Shown: piece by piece, positions 9,371 to 19,388 of the stretch | Position numbering within the stretch: the first letter of the stretch is position 1 | How the letters are laid out: the number at the start of each line of letters is the position of its first letter | NCBI GenBank assembly: GCA_046484865.1 | Contig: JAWOID010000063.1 | Span: forward strand, 32,001-96,000 | DNA length: 64,000 nt | Direction of reading: 5' to 3' | Origin: Candidatus Krumholzibacteriia bacterium | GTDB lineage: Bacteria > Krumholzibacteriota > Krumholzibacteriia > LZORAL124-64-63 | Program-made: the position numbers and the translations under genes | The notes under the pieces: model-generated | Databases searched by the model: none | What the model was told of the DNA's origin: nothing | Seen by the model: the letters and a program-made list of their open reading frames with translations, nothing else

Positions 9371-10018
9371 TCAGTCGTCGCAGCAGCCGTCGCCCCGCAA
9401 GCCCTCTCGTCCTTCCTTGACCAGCCAGGGCACCATCAAGAGCGCCGCCACCGGATCGGCCCACCACCAGCCCCAGGCGGAGTTGGCCACGAGCCCGAGC
9501 AGCAGCGTGAACGAGAGATAGGAGCAGGCGAGCGTCTCCTTCGCCTCCGCGCGCAAGGCCGCGCTGCCGATCCGGCGCGCCGCGTGCAGCTTGCCCCAGG
9601 CCACGAGCGGCATGACGACGAGGGACACCGCGGCGAGCACGATCCCGACGACGCTCTCCTCGGGTGCCGCCCGTTGCCACAGGATCCAGCCGGCCTGGAG
9701 GGTGACGTACGCCGCCAGGACGAGGAACGTCGCCCCGACGATGCGGTGGACGAGGGTCTCTGCGCGCTCGATCTCCTCGCTGAGGCCACCGCGCCGCTCC
9801 ACCCGCAGCCGCCACAGCAGCGCGGCGGCGGCGACGAACTCGATGATGCTGTCGAGCCCGAAGCCGATCAGCGCGATGCTGCCAGCCGCGACGCCGCTCC
9901 AGATGGCGATGCCGGCCTCCACCGCATTGTAGGCCATGGTCGCGACCACGAGCTGCAACCCGATCCGCGTCCAGTCGCGGCCGGTGGACGAGGATGAAGA
10001 TGTCGATTTCCCGTTCAT
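9371..10018 (-). CDS. cation transporter (CDF-like transmembrane domain only)
   Basis: GSIALIGFGLDSIIE, ALRAEAKETLAC, WWADPVAAL; 5-6 TM helices; C-terminal GCCDD. Confidence 0.85.
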   Translation of the reverse strand: MNGKSTSSSSSTGRDWTRIGLQLVVATMAYNAVEAGIAIWSGVAAGSIALIGFGLDSIIEFVAAAALLWRLRVERRGGLSEEIERAETLVHRIVGATFLVLAAYVTLQAGWILWQRAAPEESVVGIVLAAVSLVVMPLVAWGKLHAARRIGSAALRAEAKETLACSYLSFTLLLGLVANSAWGWWWADPVAALLMVPWLVKEGREGLRGDGCCDD

Positions 10019-10063
10019 GCGCCGGCAGACCGCCTCTGTTGGATCCCTCTCGCCCCGCGCCGC

Positions 10064-10477
10064 CTAGGCCCTCACCCGCTCGTACGTCTCGTCGAGCACG
10101 ATGTCCGGGTGGATCGAATGCCGCAGCGGGCAGGTCTTCCCCGCATTGACCAGCTTCTGGAAGTCGGCCTCGCTGCAGTCGGTGACGATCTCGTACCGGA
10201 GGGCGAGTCGTCCGATACGCCGGGGGTTCGCCGACATCTCCTTGTCCGCCGTGTAGCGGATCTCCTGGACCCGAATCCCGCTGCGGTGCGCGAACATGTT
10301 CATGATCGTGGCGGCGCAACAGCCCAGCGACGTCGCGCAGAGGTCGGTCGGGGAGAACAGCAATCCCTCGCCGCCGTTGTCCTTCGGCGCCATCGTCTCG
10401 ATGACCGAGCCCGAGTCGAGATGCACGATCCGGGTCGTGGTCCTGCCGGTGGTCCGGCCCGCGGTGCGGACGATCAT
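10064..10477 (-). CDS. OsmC family protein
   Basis: APKDNGGEG..FSPTDL....LG.C and distal CPLRHSI; GGGAG RBS. Confidence 0.9.
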   Translation of the reverse strand: MIVRTAGRTTGRTTTRIVHLDSGSVIETMAPKDNGGEGLLFSPTDLCATSLGCCAATIMNMFAHRSGIRVQEIRYTADKEMSANPRRIGRLALRYEIVTDCSEADFQKLVNAGKTCPLRHSIHPDIVLDETYERVRA

Positions 10478-10691
10478 GGATGAACTCCCGGGTCCGGTGC
10501 CTGGGTCGGGGGCATGCTCAGCATCGTACGTCTCCTCGGTGGGTGCAAGGCCGCGGGCCTGGCCGCAGGTTGCGGAGCGCCTTCGCGGCGGCGCCACGCA
10601 AGGTCGTCTTGACGAAACCGCGTCGCACCTCTATGGGATTGTGGACACCATCCCGGCCGGCATGCCGGCGCCGCACCTCAGGAGGCTCGCC

Positions 10692-11504
10692 GTGAAGCTC
10701 GAAGAACTCGCCGACGTCCCCGCCTGGGACTGGCCTGAAGACGCCGCCGAGACCATTCGCACCGTGCTTGGTGATGGCTCGGCCGGGCTGGAGCAGCGCC
10801 TGCTGGCCGCCGACCTGGCCGGCATGGTCGAGGTCATGGACGACGACACCGCCGACGCGCTCCTGGCCGTCGCCGGCAAGGCGGAAGAGGAGCTGGAACT
10901 GCGCATCCGGGCTGCCATCTCGCTGGGGCCGCTCTTCGAGTACACCGACATGATGCGGGGCCAGGGCGAGGAGGAGGTGCTGGTGTCCGCCGCCACCTAC
11001 GAGCGCGTGGACGACGCCACCCGGGCGCTCTTCCGGGACGAGAGCGTGCCGGCCGAGGTGAGGCGCGCGGTGCTCGAGGCATCGTCGCGCGCACCGCGAG
11101 ACTGGCACCGCGACGCGGTGCGGGCGGCCTACCGGTCCGACGATCCCGACTGGCGGCTGACCGCCGTCTTCTGCATGCGTTCGGTGCCGGGCTTCCAGGA
11201 CGAGATCCTGCAGTCCCTCGCGAGTAACGAGCCGGGCATGCAGTATCAGGCGGTCTGTGCGGCCGGCGAGCAGCGCGTGGACCCCGCCTGGCTCGTCGTG
11301 TCGGCGCTGGTGCGCGAACCCATCGCCGACCAGCCGCTGCTTCTGGCGGCCATCGAGTCGGCGGCGGAGATCCGCCCGTCCGAGGCCCTGACGCTGCTGC
11401 AGCCGCTGACCGGGTCTCCGGACGAGGAGATCGCAGCGGCTGCCGAGGACGCGCTCGATCTCGCTCGGGCGCTGCTCGAGAACGACACGGACAACCGGCG
11501 CTGA
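10692..11504 (+). CDS. HEAT-repeat-like alpha-helical protein
   Basis: AGGAGG RBS before the GTG; repeated helical units (LRIRAAISLG, VRRAVLEA, EEIAAAAEDAL). Confidence 0.75.
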   Translation: MKLEELADVPAWDWPEDAAETIRTVLGDGSAGLEQRLLAADLAGMVEVMDDDTADALLAVAGKAEEELELRIRAAISLGPLFEYTDMMRGQGEEEVLVSAATYERVDDATRALFRDESVPAEVRRAVLEASSRAPRDWHRDAVRAAYRSDDPDWRLTAVFCMRSVPGFQDEILQSLASNEPGMQYQAVCAAGEQRVDPAWLVVSALVREPIADQPLLLAAIESAAEIRPSEALTLLQPLTGSPDEEIAAAAEDALDLARALLENDTDNRR

Positions 11505-11610
11505 TCGCGGCGGCGGCGAGGCCGCGTCCGATACTCGGCGACGGCGGCGCCAGGTCCATGACCCGGAGATGGCCGCCGCGCCCGCCATCGTGGCCGGCAC
11601 GGGCACCGGG

Positions 11611-12096
11611 TCAGCGGTCGGCCGATCCCGTGAAGCGGTACTGCAGGTGGCACTGCGCGCAGTACTCGCCCATCTCGCCAACCTGCACGTTGACCTCGGG
11701 TAGCTGCCGCTGCTCGGCGGCGCTGGACGCCTGCTTCGCGTGGCTTGCCAGTTCGCCCGCGAGTTCACGGAAGCCCTCGCCCTCGTCCTCGCCGAACTCC
11801 TTCCGCACACGCTCGGCCAGCTCGGCGGTGGCGCTCGCGTCTCGCTGCAGTTGCCGGAAGTCTTCGGCCTCGAGCGGCTCATCGAGACTCTGCATCAGCG
11901 CGATGCGCACGATGTCCTCGAAGTGGTCTCGATTGCGCTCCATGAGGGCTGCGAGACTGCCCTCGGCATGCTCGCCGTGTTCGGCCTTCGCGGCGTCCTC
12001 GTCGGTGTCGTCGGTGTCGTCGGCGAGAACGGTGATCGTTCCCGCGAGCAGGATGACCGCGGCGGCGGCCACGATCCAGCGCTGCCTCACCGTCAT
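11611..12096 (-). CDS. cytochrome c'-like (four-helix, C-terminal heme) periplasmic protein
   Basis: Signal peptide; helical body; single CAQCH near the C-terminus followed by LQYR. Confidence 0.75.
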   Translation of the reverse strand: MTVRQRWIVAAAAVILLAGTITVLADDTDDTDEDAAKAEHGEHAEGSLAALMERNRDHFEDIVRIALMQSLDEPLEAEDFRQLQRDASATAELAERVRKEFGEDEGEGFRELAGELASHAKQASSAAEQRQLPEVNVQVGEMGEYCAQCHLQYRFTGSADR

Positions 12097-12415
12097 GGAT
12101 TCCCTCCCTCGATGGCGGCGTGTGTCCGCGGGGACCGCTCGCGGCGCCGGCGCGTCCGGTCCGGAGAGTCCTCGCCCGCTCTCAAGGTAGCGCCAGGAAG
12201 GGGCGGGCCGCCGCCGCTGGAGCAGACGTCCGATCGACCGGTCGTTGCACGTCGGAGCAGGCGTCTGCTGCTGGGTACGATCGGCCGGTCGCTGGTGGCG
12301 AAGCGGGAATCTGCCTACGCTGAACGCGGTCGGCAGCGAGAGCGGTCAGCGGGGTCGGCTGCGCCACCCAGCAATCCCCGCGCTCCAGGAGAGCATACCC
12401 CGCTGGAGGAACCGG

Positions 12416-13168
12416 ATGAGACGCTGGAAGAATCGGATGACGGGCCTGCCGGGTTCCCGCGAGCCGAGCGACTTTCGTCGGCATCTTCCCGCCCGGCTCG
12501 CGATCATCGTTGCCGCTGCCGCGGTGCTGACCATCGGCGTGGCCGCGGCGCAATCCGCCGGATGGGCCGACACGAGTCGGCCCGGGTCGGTTGCGGACCG
12601 CCCCGAGGACATCTGCCCCATCCTGGTGGGTAGCGAGCTACCGCCCATCGAGCTTCGGACTCCGACGGGCGCCGCTTTCGACCTGAACGCCGCCGCCAGG
12701 GCGCAACCGACGGTCCTGATCTTCTATCGCGGTGGCTGGTGTCCGTTCTGCAGCCGTCATCTGGCCCAGTTGCAGACCGTCCAGCAGGATCTGTCCGCTC
12801 TCGGCTATCAGATCCTGGCGGTGAGCGCCGATCGGCCTGCCAAGCTGACGGCACCCGTCGAGGAACACGACCTCGAGTACCAGCTCCTGTCGGACAGCAC
12901 CATGGCCGCTGCGCGGGCGCTCGGAATCGCGTTCGAGGTCCCTGACGAGACGGTCCAGAAGTACAAGAACGATTACAACATCGATCTCGAGGCGGACTCG
13001 GGCGAGACCCATCACCAGCTTCCCGTGCCGGCGGCCATCGTTCTCGACCGCGAGGGCATGGTCCGCTTCATCCATGTGGATCCGGACTACCGCTCGCGCA
13101 TCGATCCGGAGTTGCTGCTGGCGGCGGCGCGGGTGGCGCTGGAGAAGGAGAAGGAGAACGAGCAGTAG
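12416..13168 (+). CDS. exported peroxiredoxin-like (AhpC/TSA) protein
   Basis: FYRGGWCPFC, LAVSAD, LPVPA, DYRSRI; N-terminal hydrophobic signal; GGAGGA RBS. Confidence 0.88.
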   Translation: MRRWKNRMTGLPGSREPSDFRRHLPARLAIIVAAAAVLTIGVAAAQSAGWADTSRPGSVADRPEDICPILVGSELPPIELRTPTGAAFDLNAAARAQPTVLIFYRGGWCPFCSRHLAQLQTVQQDLSALGYQILAVSADRPAKLTAPVEEHDLEYQLLSDSTMAAARALGIAFEVPDETVQKYKNDYNIDLEADSGETHHQLPVPAAIVLDREGMVRFIHVDPDYRSRIDPELLLAAARVALEKEKENEQ

Positions 13169-13295
13169 AACGAGCACGGCGGTCGCAGGCCGGGCCTCCG
13201 GGGCCGGAGACGACGCGTCGACCCGGTTCCATGAGCCCTGACCGGACCCGGCTCGGTTCACGAGAGCTGGTCGCCGGGCAGGCTAGCCGGGCAGG

Positions 13296-13952
13296 CTATC
13301 GGTCAGCCGGATCTTCTGCCTGCAGGTCCTCGATCGTGCGGCCGCTGAGCACCGATTCCGGCCGCGTCGCGGTGAGATCGTCGCGGGTGCCGGTGCCGTC
13401 GCCGGCGCCGGCCTCGTCGCGGGCGCTGACCTCGTCGCCGGCATCGCCGCCGCCGACGGTATCTTCGCGCATCTTGACCAGCAGCCAGCGCTCGCGCTTG
13501 CCGGCCCCGGTGCGTCGCAGGGCGAAACCGCCGCTGAGCTTCTCGCCCTCGAGCTGGAAGAGGAAGTGGCCGCGCTCGATGGCGGCGGCTGCGGGTTGCG
13601 GGCTTTCCTCGTTCCCGGTGACGTTGCGATAGGTTCCGCGGTCCCAGACGATCATGCTGCCGCCGCCGTACTCGCCGGCCGGAATGCGGCCCTCGAACCC
13701 GGCGTACTCCAGCGGATGGTCCTCCGTGCGCATGGCCAGACGCTTCACTGACGGATCGGTCGACGGCCCCTTCGGCACTGCCCACGAGGCGAGCACGCCG
13801 TCCACCTCCAGGCGCAGGTCGTAGTGCAGGCTCGACGCCTGATGCTTCTGGACGACGAAGATGGGCGGATCGTTGGTCGGAGCGGGCTCTTGGCCGGCGG
13901 GCTCGGGGGTCTTGCTGAAATCGCGCTTCGCGCGGTACTCGTCCAGCGGCAT
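13296..13952 (-). CDS. stand-alone LigD 3'-phosphoesterase (PE) domain protein
   Basis: YRAKRDFSKTPEP, FVVQKHQASSLHYDLRLE, SWAVPKGPS, EDHPLEY, GEYGGG..IVWDRG. Confidence 0.92.
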   Translation of the reverse strand: MPLDEYRAKRDFSKTPEPAGQEPAPTNDPPIFVVQKHQASSLHYDLRLEVDGVLASWAVPKGPSTDPSVKRLAMRTEDHPLEYAGFEGRIPAGEYGGGSMIVWDRGTYRNVTGNEESPQPAAAAIERGHFLFQLEGEKLSGGFALRRTGAGKRERWLLVKMREDTVGGGDAGDEVSARDEAGAGDGTGTRDDLTATRPESVLSGRTIEDLQAEDPADR

Positions 13953-13968
13953 GGGGGAACCTCGCGGC

Positions 13969-14412
13969 TCAGTCGTAAGCGCTCATGATCGCCGGATCCT
14001 CCTTCATCAGATCACCGGCCATGTCCGCCATGCGCGTCTCCTGCCAGAACGGGAGCTGCTGGTGTACGTCGCGGTACTTCGCGGGGATCGGGTGCGTGCC
14101 GACCACCACCGGCACGCCATAGCGCGTCTCGATGAAATCCTTGAAGCGCCGGAGGTTGGGACAGGGGGGATACCCGACGACCAGACCCGTGGCGAGATGG
14201 ATCACCTCGGCTCCGTTCTTGATCATCTCCTCGGGGACGTACTCCACGTTGCCGCCCGGGCAGTCGCCGCAGTAGGAGTAGCCCACCAGTTGCAGCTCCT
14301 CGTCGGCGGGATAACGGGCGAAGCCGCCCACGTGCTCACGCATCGATCTCAGGCACTTGCCGCCACCACAGGACTTGTAACGGCCACAGATGATGATGCC
14401 GATCTTCTTCAT
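13969..14412 (-). CDS. CGGC domain-containing protein
   Basis: C..Y.SCGGGKC, CGDCPG, IHLATG, YPPCP, GTH. Confidence 0.9.
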   Translation of the reverse strand: MKKIGIIICGRYKSCGGGKCLRSMREHVGGFARYPADEELQLVGYSYCGDCPGGNVEYVPEEMIKNGAEVIHLATGLVVGYPPCPNLRRFKDFIETRYGVPVVVGTHPIPAKYRDVHQQLPFWQETRMADMAGDLMKEDPAIMSAYD

Positions 14413-14461
14413 CGCCGCTCTCCTCTCGGTTCCGGACCCGGGCTCTCCGGCAACTCCCTCG

Positions 14462-16141
14462 TCAGCTTCCGAGGCGAGCCTGCGTGGTGTCCTCCGCGGC
14501 CGGGCTCCACTCGCCCACCGCCTCCTCGTGCACCTTCACCGGGCCGCGGGCGGTCCAGCTCTGCTCGTAGTTGTAGTTCCAGCCGAGATACTCCGAGGCG
14601 CCGCCGCCCTCGGTGGTGATCAGGAAGCGGTTGGGCAGGGCGCCGATCGACTCGGCCACCTGGCCCGGCAGCTCCTTGTCGCCACCCTGGGGGTCGATGT
14701 GGATCCACCCGTAGGGCGGCAGGTAGACCTGGCTCCAGCGGTGGAAGACATCGTCGCTGCTGGCGGCGTCGCCGCGCACCACCACGGCACCCACGTAGCG
14801 GGCGGGGATGCCGGCGGCGCGGCACATCGAGATGAACAGGAAGGTGTACTCGCTGCAGGAGCCGTTGCCGCGCTCGAGCACCCGGGGCGCCACGTTCCAG
14901 CCGCCGGCCAGCTCGTAGTGAAGCCGCTCGCGGATGTACCGGTGGATGTTCCGCATCATCCAGTACGGATTGGTCTCGTCGCCCACGGCTTCCTTCACCG
15001 CCGACACGATGCGCGGATCGCCGATGCGGTACTTGTCTTCGTCCACCAGATACTGCTCGCGCACAGCCCGGGGAATGTCCTCCAGCTCGCCGACCTCGTG
15101 CGGGAACACGTACCAGCGCGTGTCGAACAGCTCGCAGCGGACGTCCATGGTCAGCCGCTGCCGTTCCGCGATGGGCAGGTCGGTCAGGCGCCAGTGCGCC
15201 ACCTTCTGCTGCCAGCGATCCTCCAGGAATTCGTCCGGCTCCGGTGAGAAGGAGGGTTCGACGATGATGTCCTGCATGGGGGACCCGCTCGGGACGGCGA
15301 TGTAGACGTCCAGCGACGTCAACTCGCCCGGACCGTAGTTGCGGAACTCGTGGGTGAGCAGCAGATCGAGCTTCTGGCCGTTGCTGCGGCCCACCAGCTC
15401 TCCGTCCTGGGCGACCACCCGGTAGACCACGTCGTCCTGGTAGTCGGCGACCCAGAGGTGGTCGCCGTCGGCCGCCAGCCCGTACGCGTGCGGGCCCGGC
15501 GCGGCGATGCTGAGCACCACCTCGCCGCCGTGCCGCGGATCGACGAGGTAGATGCGGTCTTGAAGCCGGTCGGCCGACCACAGGTAGCCCTGCCACCAGG
15601 TCAGGCCGGTGGGCGACTTCATGGGCGCCGCGAACTCCTCCACCGTGGTGCCGTCGGCCGTGGAGATCTGCATGAGCTTGTCGTCGGCGTCGTCGGCGAG
15701 CCACAGGTAACGGCCGTCCCAGGCGAGACCCTGCGGCACGGTGGCCGGCGATTCGAGACTCGCGAGCGTCGTCCCGCTCTCCGGGTCGAGCATGACGATG
15801 CGCTTCTCCTCGCCATCGACCACCCACAGATGCGCGCCGTCCCACGCCAGTCCGCGCGGGATGAAGCCGGGCGCGGGCAGGGTGCGCACGACCTCGCCCG
15901 TGGCCGGATCGAGCGCGTACAATTCGTCGGTGAGCCGGTCGGCGACCCAGAGGTGATGGCCGTCGAAGGCGAGGCCCGTGGGCGTGCGGCCAGGCGTGGC
16001 GAACTTGCCGGCCACGTCGCCGGGGGCGGCCAGCGCGTCGCTGACGGCAGGGGAGAAGGGACCGGCGGCGGCGACCAGGGTCGCCAGCGTCAGGGCGCCC
16101 AGCGCGAGCGCCCGGGGACTCGAAATGCTACAGCGTTCCAT
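14462..16141 (-). CDS. secreted transglutaminase-like protein with N-terminal beta-propeller
   Basis: Signal peptide; five P.GLA(W/F)DG..LWV.D-type blades; catalytic GSCSEY, RAAGIPARY, FHRW, WIHIDP. Confidence 0.88.
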   Translation of the reverse strand: MERCSISSPRALALGALTLATLVAAAGPFSPAVSDALAAPGDVAGKFATPGRTPTGLAFDGHHLWVADRLTDELYALDPATGEVVRTLPAPGFIPRGLAWDGAHLWVVDGEEKRIVMLDPESGTTLASLESPATVPQGLAWDGRYLWLADDADDKLMQISTADGTTVEEFAAPMKSPTGLTWWQGYLWSADRLQDRIYLVDPRHGGEVVLSIAAPGPHAYGLAADGDHLWVADYQDDVVYRVVAQDGELVGRSNGQKLDLLLTHEFRNYGPGELTSLDVYIAVPSGSPMQDIIVEPSFSPEPDEFLEDRWQQKVAHWRLTDLPIAERQRLTMDVRCELFDTRWYVFPHEVGELEDIPRAVREQYLVDEDKYRIGDPRIVSAVKEAVGDETNPYWMMRNIHRYIRERLHYELAGGWNVAPRVLERGNGSCSEYTFLFISMCRAAGIPARYVGAVVVRGDAASSDDVFHRWSQVYLPPYGWIHIDPQGGDKELPGQVAESIGALPNRFLITTEGGGASEYLGWNYNYEQSWTARGPVKVHEEAVGEWSPAAEDTTQARLGS

Positions 16142-16168
16142 GGGGGCTCCCTCGAGGTGGGTCGGGCC

Positions 16169-17968
16169 TCAGCTCGTCATCGCTCCGGTCGCCGGGACGG
16201 CCGTCAGCTCGTCCTGCAGGATCTGCAGCCGCTCGAGAAAACGCTCGCGGTACGGTGCCGTGAAGGTGTTCGCCAGCTCACGATAGTACTGCACGCCGCT
16301 GCGCAGGTTCTCGCGGCACTCCGCGATGGTCCGGGCCAGGCGATCCGACGGTTCGGCACCGTGCCGGACGATGTCGCCGTGCAGCCGCTCGAGGTGCAAG
16401 GCCAGCTCCTTGAGCAGCATGTGCGGGCGGTCGGGGTCGACCGGCAGCGACGCCCGGCCGTAGATGTGGTCGACCATGGCCTCGAGCGTGGTCGCCTGGT
16501 GGAAGTAGGCGGCGTTCGGACCGCAGCAGACCGCCGTCGCCGCGCCCGGATCGATGCCCATCGGTCCGGTGACGCCGCCCGCCAGGTCGTGGCAGATGCA
16601 GGCTCGCGCCATCGCCGTCTCGCGCGCGCGTCGTTGCTCGGCGGTGGACAGGTCCGAAGCGGCGATCTGCTCGAGCTTGCGTCGCTGGAACGCCCGGCTG
16701 GCGGTGCAGAGCGGAGACGAGGTGAACTCGGTGGAGGAGACCAGGAACCCCTTGGGGCAGGGGCTGCCGGGCTTGCCCTCGGCGATGCGTTGCACGCGCA
16801 GGTCCTCGCTCGTCGAGGTCCGCAGGGACCAGAAAGGGACGCCCAGCGGCGACGCATCGCTCAGGTAAATGTCGTCCTCGCCGGCCGCCGCGAGCCGTTC
16901 CAGGCTCTCGGGATCGAGATTGACCACCTCGGGCACGAAGAGGAACGCGCTACCCCAGCCGGTGCCGTCCACGCCGTAGTACTCGCGCAGGAAGCGGTCC
17001 TCGTACGCTTCGCCGATGCCCCCCTGGACGGTGATGCGCAGGGGTGCGGGCTCTGTCTGTTCCGCTCGCCCCAGCGCTGCCAGCGCCTGGTTGCGAATCT
17101 TGCGCAGGCTCCGGCCCAGGTTCTCCCGCTCGCGCCGGAAATCTTCGAGAATCGGTCCCATCAGCTGACCCTTGCCGCCGAACGCGTGTCCGCCGCAGTT
17201 GAGCCCCGATTCCACCCGGAACTCCGAGACATGGAGTCCGAGCCGGGCCAGCAGCGTGCCCTGCAGCAGGGCGGAACGGTAGTCGCTCACCTTCAGCACG
17301 ATCCGCTTGCGCAACTCGCCGTCCTGGTCGGGGAACATGGCGCCGAACTCGGCCATGTAGGAGAACAGGCGGCGATTCATGCCCGCCGAGAGCACCACCG
17401 AGGCGTCGGCACGGCTGTTCATGAAACCGCGCAGCGCGCTCAGGGCATCGGAGCCGTGCTCGGGGAACGGGCGGCCGCGCCGGTCGTGGCGGCGGTCGAC
17501 CTTGGTCATGATGTTGACGTCGATGGCGCCGGGCTGGACGAACTCCCGCAACCGCTCCTGCAGCCCGCGGCGCGCCTCCGGATCGTCGGTGGCCTGCATG
17601 CGCTCGAACAGTTGCCGCAGCGGCGATGGCGGCAGCATCTCGAAGTAGCGCACGATCTCGCTGCCCGCCTCGAACACCGCTCCGCGCACCCGCTCCACCT
17701 GGCGCTGCACCAGCGTGTCCAGGAGATCGAGGTACAGGGTGATGCGGCGGGCGCGGGCGTCGGGGGCGCTGTCCTCGATGGGTTCGCACGGTTCGTCGTG
17801 CTCGCGGCACACGCGCCGGCGCACCTGCTCGATGAGGATGTCGTCCACCAGCGACACCACCGAGGCGATGCCGTAGCGTGCCACCTTCAGCGGCGTGTCG
17901 ATCGTGAAGCCCGTTCCCATCACGGGGATATGGAAGGTGTGAACGGGCGGGCGAGAGGCGGGACCCAT
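16169..17968 (-). CDS. conserved hypothetical protein, probable FMN-binding TIM barrel (nitronate monooxygenase/FabK-like motifs)
   Basis: Long ORF with typical codon usage; HTFHIPVMG, ESGLNCGGHAF, ITVQGGIG, GWGSAFL, Cys-rich tail. Confidence 0.7.
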   Translation of the reverse strand: MGPASRPPVHTFHIPVMGTGFTIDTPLKVARYGIASVVSLVDDILIEQVRRRVCREHDEPCEPIEDSAPDARARRITLYLDLLDTLVQRQVERVRGAVFEAGSEIVRYFEMLPPSPLRQLFERMQATDDPEARRGLQERLREFVQPGAIDVNIMTKVDRRHDRRGRPFPEHGSDALSALRGFMNSRADASVVLSAGMNRRLFSYMAEFGAMFPDQDGELRKRIVLKVSDYRSALLQGTLLARLGLHVSEFRVESGLNCGGHAFGGKGQLMGPILEDFRRERENLGRSLRKIRNQALAALGRAEQTEPAPLRITVQGGIGEAYEDRFLREYYGVDGTGWGSAFLFVPEVVNLDPESLERLAAAGEDDIYLSDASPLGVPFWSLRTSTSEDLRVQRIAEGKPGSPCPKGFLVSSTEFTSSPLCTASRAFQRRKLEQIAASDLSTAEQRRARETAMARACICHDLAGGVTGPMGIDPGAATAVCCGPNAAYFHQATTLEAMVDHIYGRASLPVDPDRPHMLLKELALHLERLHGDIVRHGAEPSDRLARTIAECRENLRSGVQYYRELANTFTAPYRERFLERLQILQDELTAVPATGAMTS

Positions 17969-18140
17969 GGCAACTCCGGAACGAAGAGGTACCCTGATCG
18001 ACGCGGAGCGCGCAGAACCGAGTGATGACACCAACAGGAAGTGTTCGTCCGGCGGGGACAAAAAGCCAGCGGAAACATTCATCCGGGGGGAACAGTCGCC
18101 GGGATCGAACTCCCGGAGATCGGCCTCCAGACTCGGAAGG

Positions 18141-19388
18141 ATGGCAACCTTGCGGGGGAACCTGCTGTTTGCGCCGATCGCCCTGACGCTCGCCTGCGGC
18201 GCGTCGACCGTCACGGCCCAGTCCGGAGTCGAACAGCCCCCGGCATGGCCCCATCAGCGCGGGTTCCACGAGGCGCTCCTGTTCGTGCATCCCCTGGTGA
18301 ACTACGCCGTGCCGCCGGACCGGCAGGTGGCCTGGGAACGCGAGCGGCTGGCGGCAGGCGCCCTGCTGGGCGGCTTCGGCAGCGTCTCGACCGACGATCT
18401 GATGATCGATGCGCACTGGGCCCTGAACCCGGTGCTGGGTCGCGGCCTGCGTCTGCGCAACCGGATCGACTGGCAGCAGCTGCGGCACCTGCCGCGTGAC
18501 CGGCTGGACATCGAACTGGGGTTCGAGGCGACGCTTTGGCACGGCGTGGGGGCGGTGGTGACCAGCAGCCCGGCCGCCGCCAAGGAAGACCTGGACCTGC
18601 AGGTGGGCGGCGTCTGGACGAGTGCCGACCGCACCCGATACGTCCAGGTCCGCTACGTGGCCGAGGATCTGGTCCACGACGAGAAGAACGATCGCGGTGC
18701 GCAGACCCGGACCAGTCCCCGTGGCGTGGACTGGCAACTGCGGTTGACGCGCAGCGCCTGGACCGTCGCCTCCGAGGGACGGTGGTTGTGCACCTTCGAT
18801 CGCATCTATCCCGACCTGCATCGCTCCGGCGGTCTCGCGCGGCACCGGTTCGCCGACAACGAGTTGACCGTCCGCGTGGACCGCCGGCTCGGCGAGGGCG
18901 GCCCCGCCGGCGGCGGCCTGGTCCAGGCTTCATTCCTGCTCGTCGAGCATCGCGAGGCCCGCGCCTACCGGGACGTCGCCTTCGATCACGATGTGTCCGG
19001 CCGGTTCCGGTCGCTCTCGCTGCGAGGCCTCTGGCCTCTGGACGGCCGCTGGCGCCTGCGCGGCGAGCTGCACCGTCTCGACCGGCGAGCCGACGGAGCG
19101 GGCTGGCGCGCCTTTCGCTATCGCCGCGACGAGACCATCCCCGCGGTTCTCGTCCAGCGCTCCTTCGGCATGCATCACGCTGAAGCCGGCTACGTGGCCA
19201 CCTTCTACCGGTGGCGCGAGGAGTCGGCGAACGGGTCCGTCAGGCAGGACGACGGCTACGCCGACAAGGTGATGGCCAGCTTCGTGCTTGCCCTCGCGCG
19301 CGGCTCCGAGCTGCAGTTCTCCGTCAGTCACGAGGTGTCGGACGGCGATTTCGGCGGTGGCAGCATCCAGGTGCTCGCCTATTTCTGA
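18141..19388 (+). CDS. putative outer-membrane beta-barrel protein
   Basis: Signal peptide; many amphipathic strands; C-terminal ...IQVLAYF with terminal Phe. Confidence 0.65.
   Translation: MATLRGNLLFAPIALTLACGASTVTAQSGVEQPPAWPHQRGFHEALLFVHPLVNYAVPPDRQVAWERERLAAGALLGGFGSVSTDDLMIDAHWALNPVLGRGLRLRNRIDWQQLRHLPRDRLDIELGFEATLWHGVGAVVTSSPAAAKEDLDLQVGGVWTSADRTRYVQVRYVAEDLVHDEKNDRGAQTRTSPRGVDWQLRLTRSAWTVASEGRWLCTFDRIYPDLHRSGGLARHRFADNELTVRVDRRLGEGGPAGGGLVQASFLLVEHREARAYRDVAFDHDVSGRFRSLSLRGLWPLDGRWRLRGELHRLDRRADGAGWRAFRYRRDETIPAVLVQRSFGMHHAEAGYVATFYRWREESANGSVRQDDGYADKVMASFVLALARGSELQFSVSHEVSDGDFGGGSIQVLAYF

Noticed and set aside
15350..18025. Very long alternative-frame ORFs (e.g. 15350-18025 +, 19518-21953 -, 29223-31568 -, 35751-38228 -, 57656-60223 +)
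   Set aside because: They are antisense or off-frame shadows of well-supported genes, expected at ~70% GC, and have no recognisable motifs.
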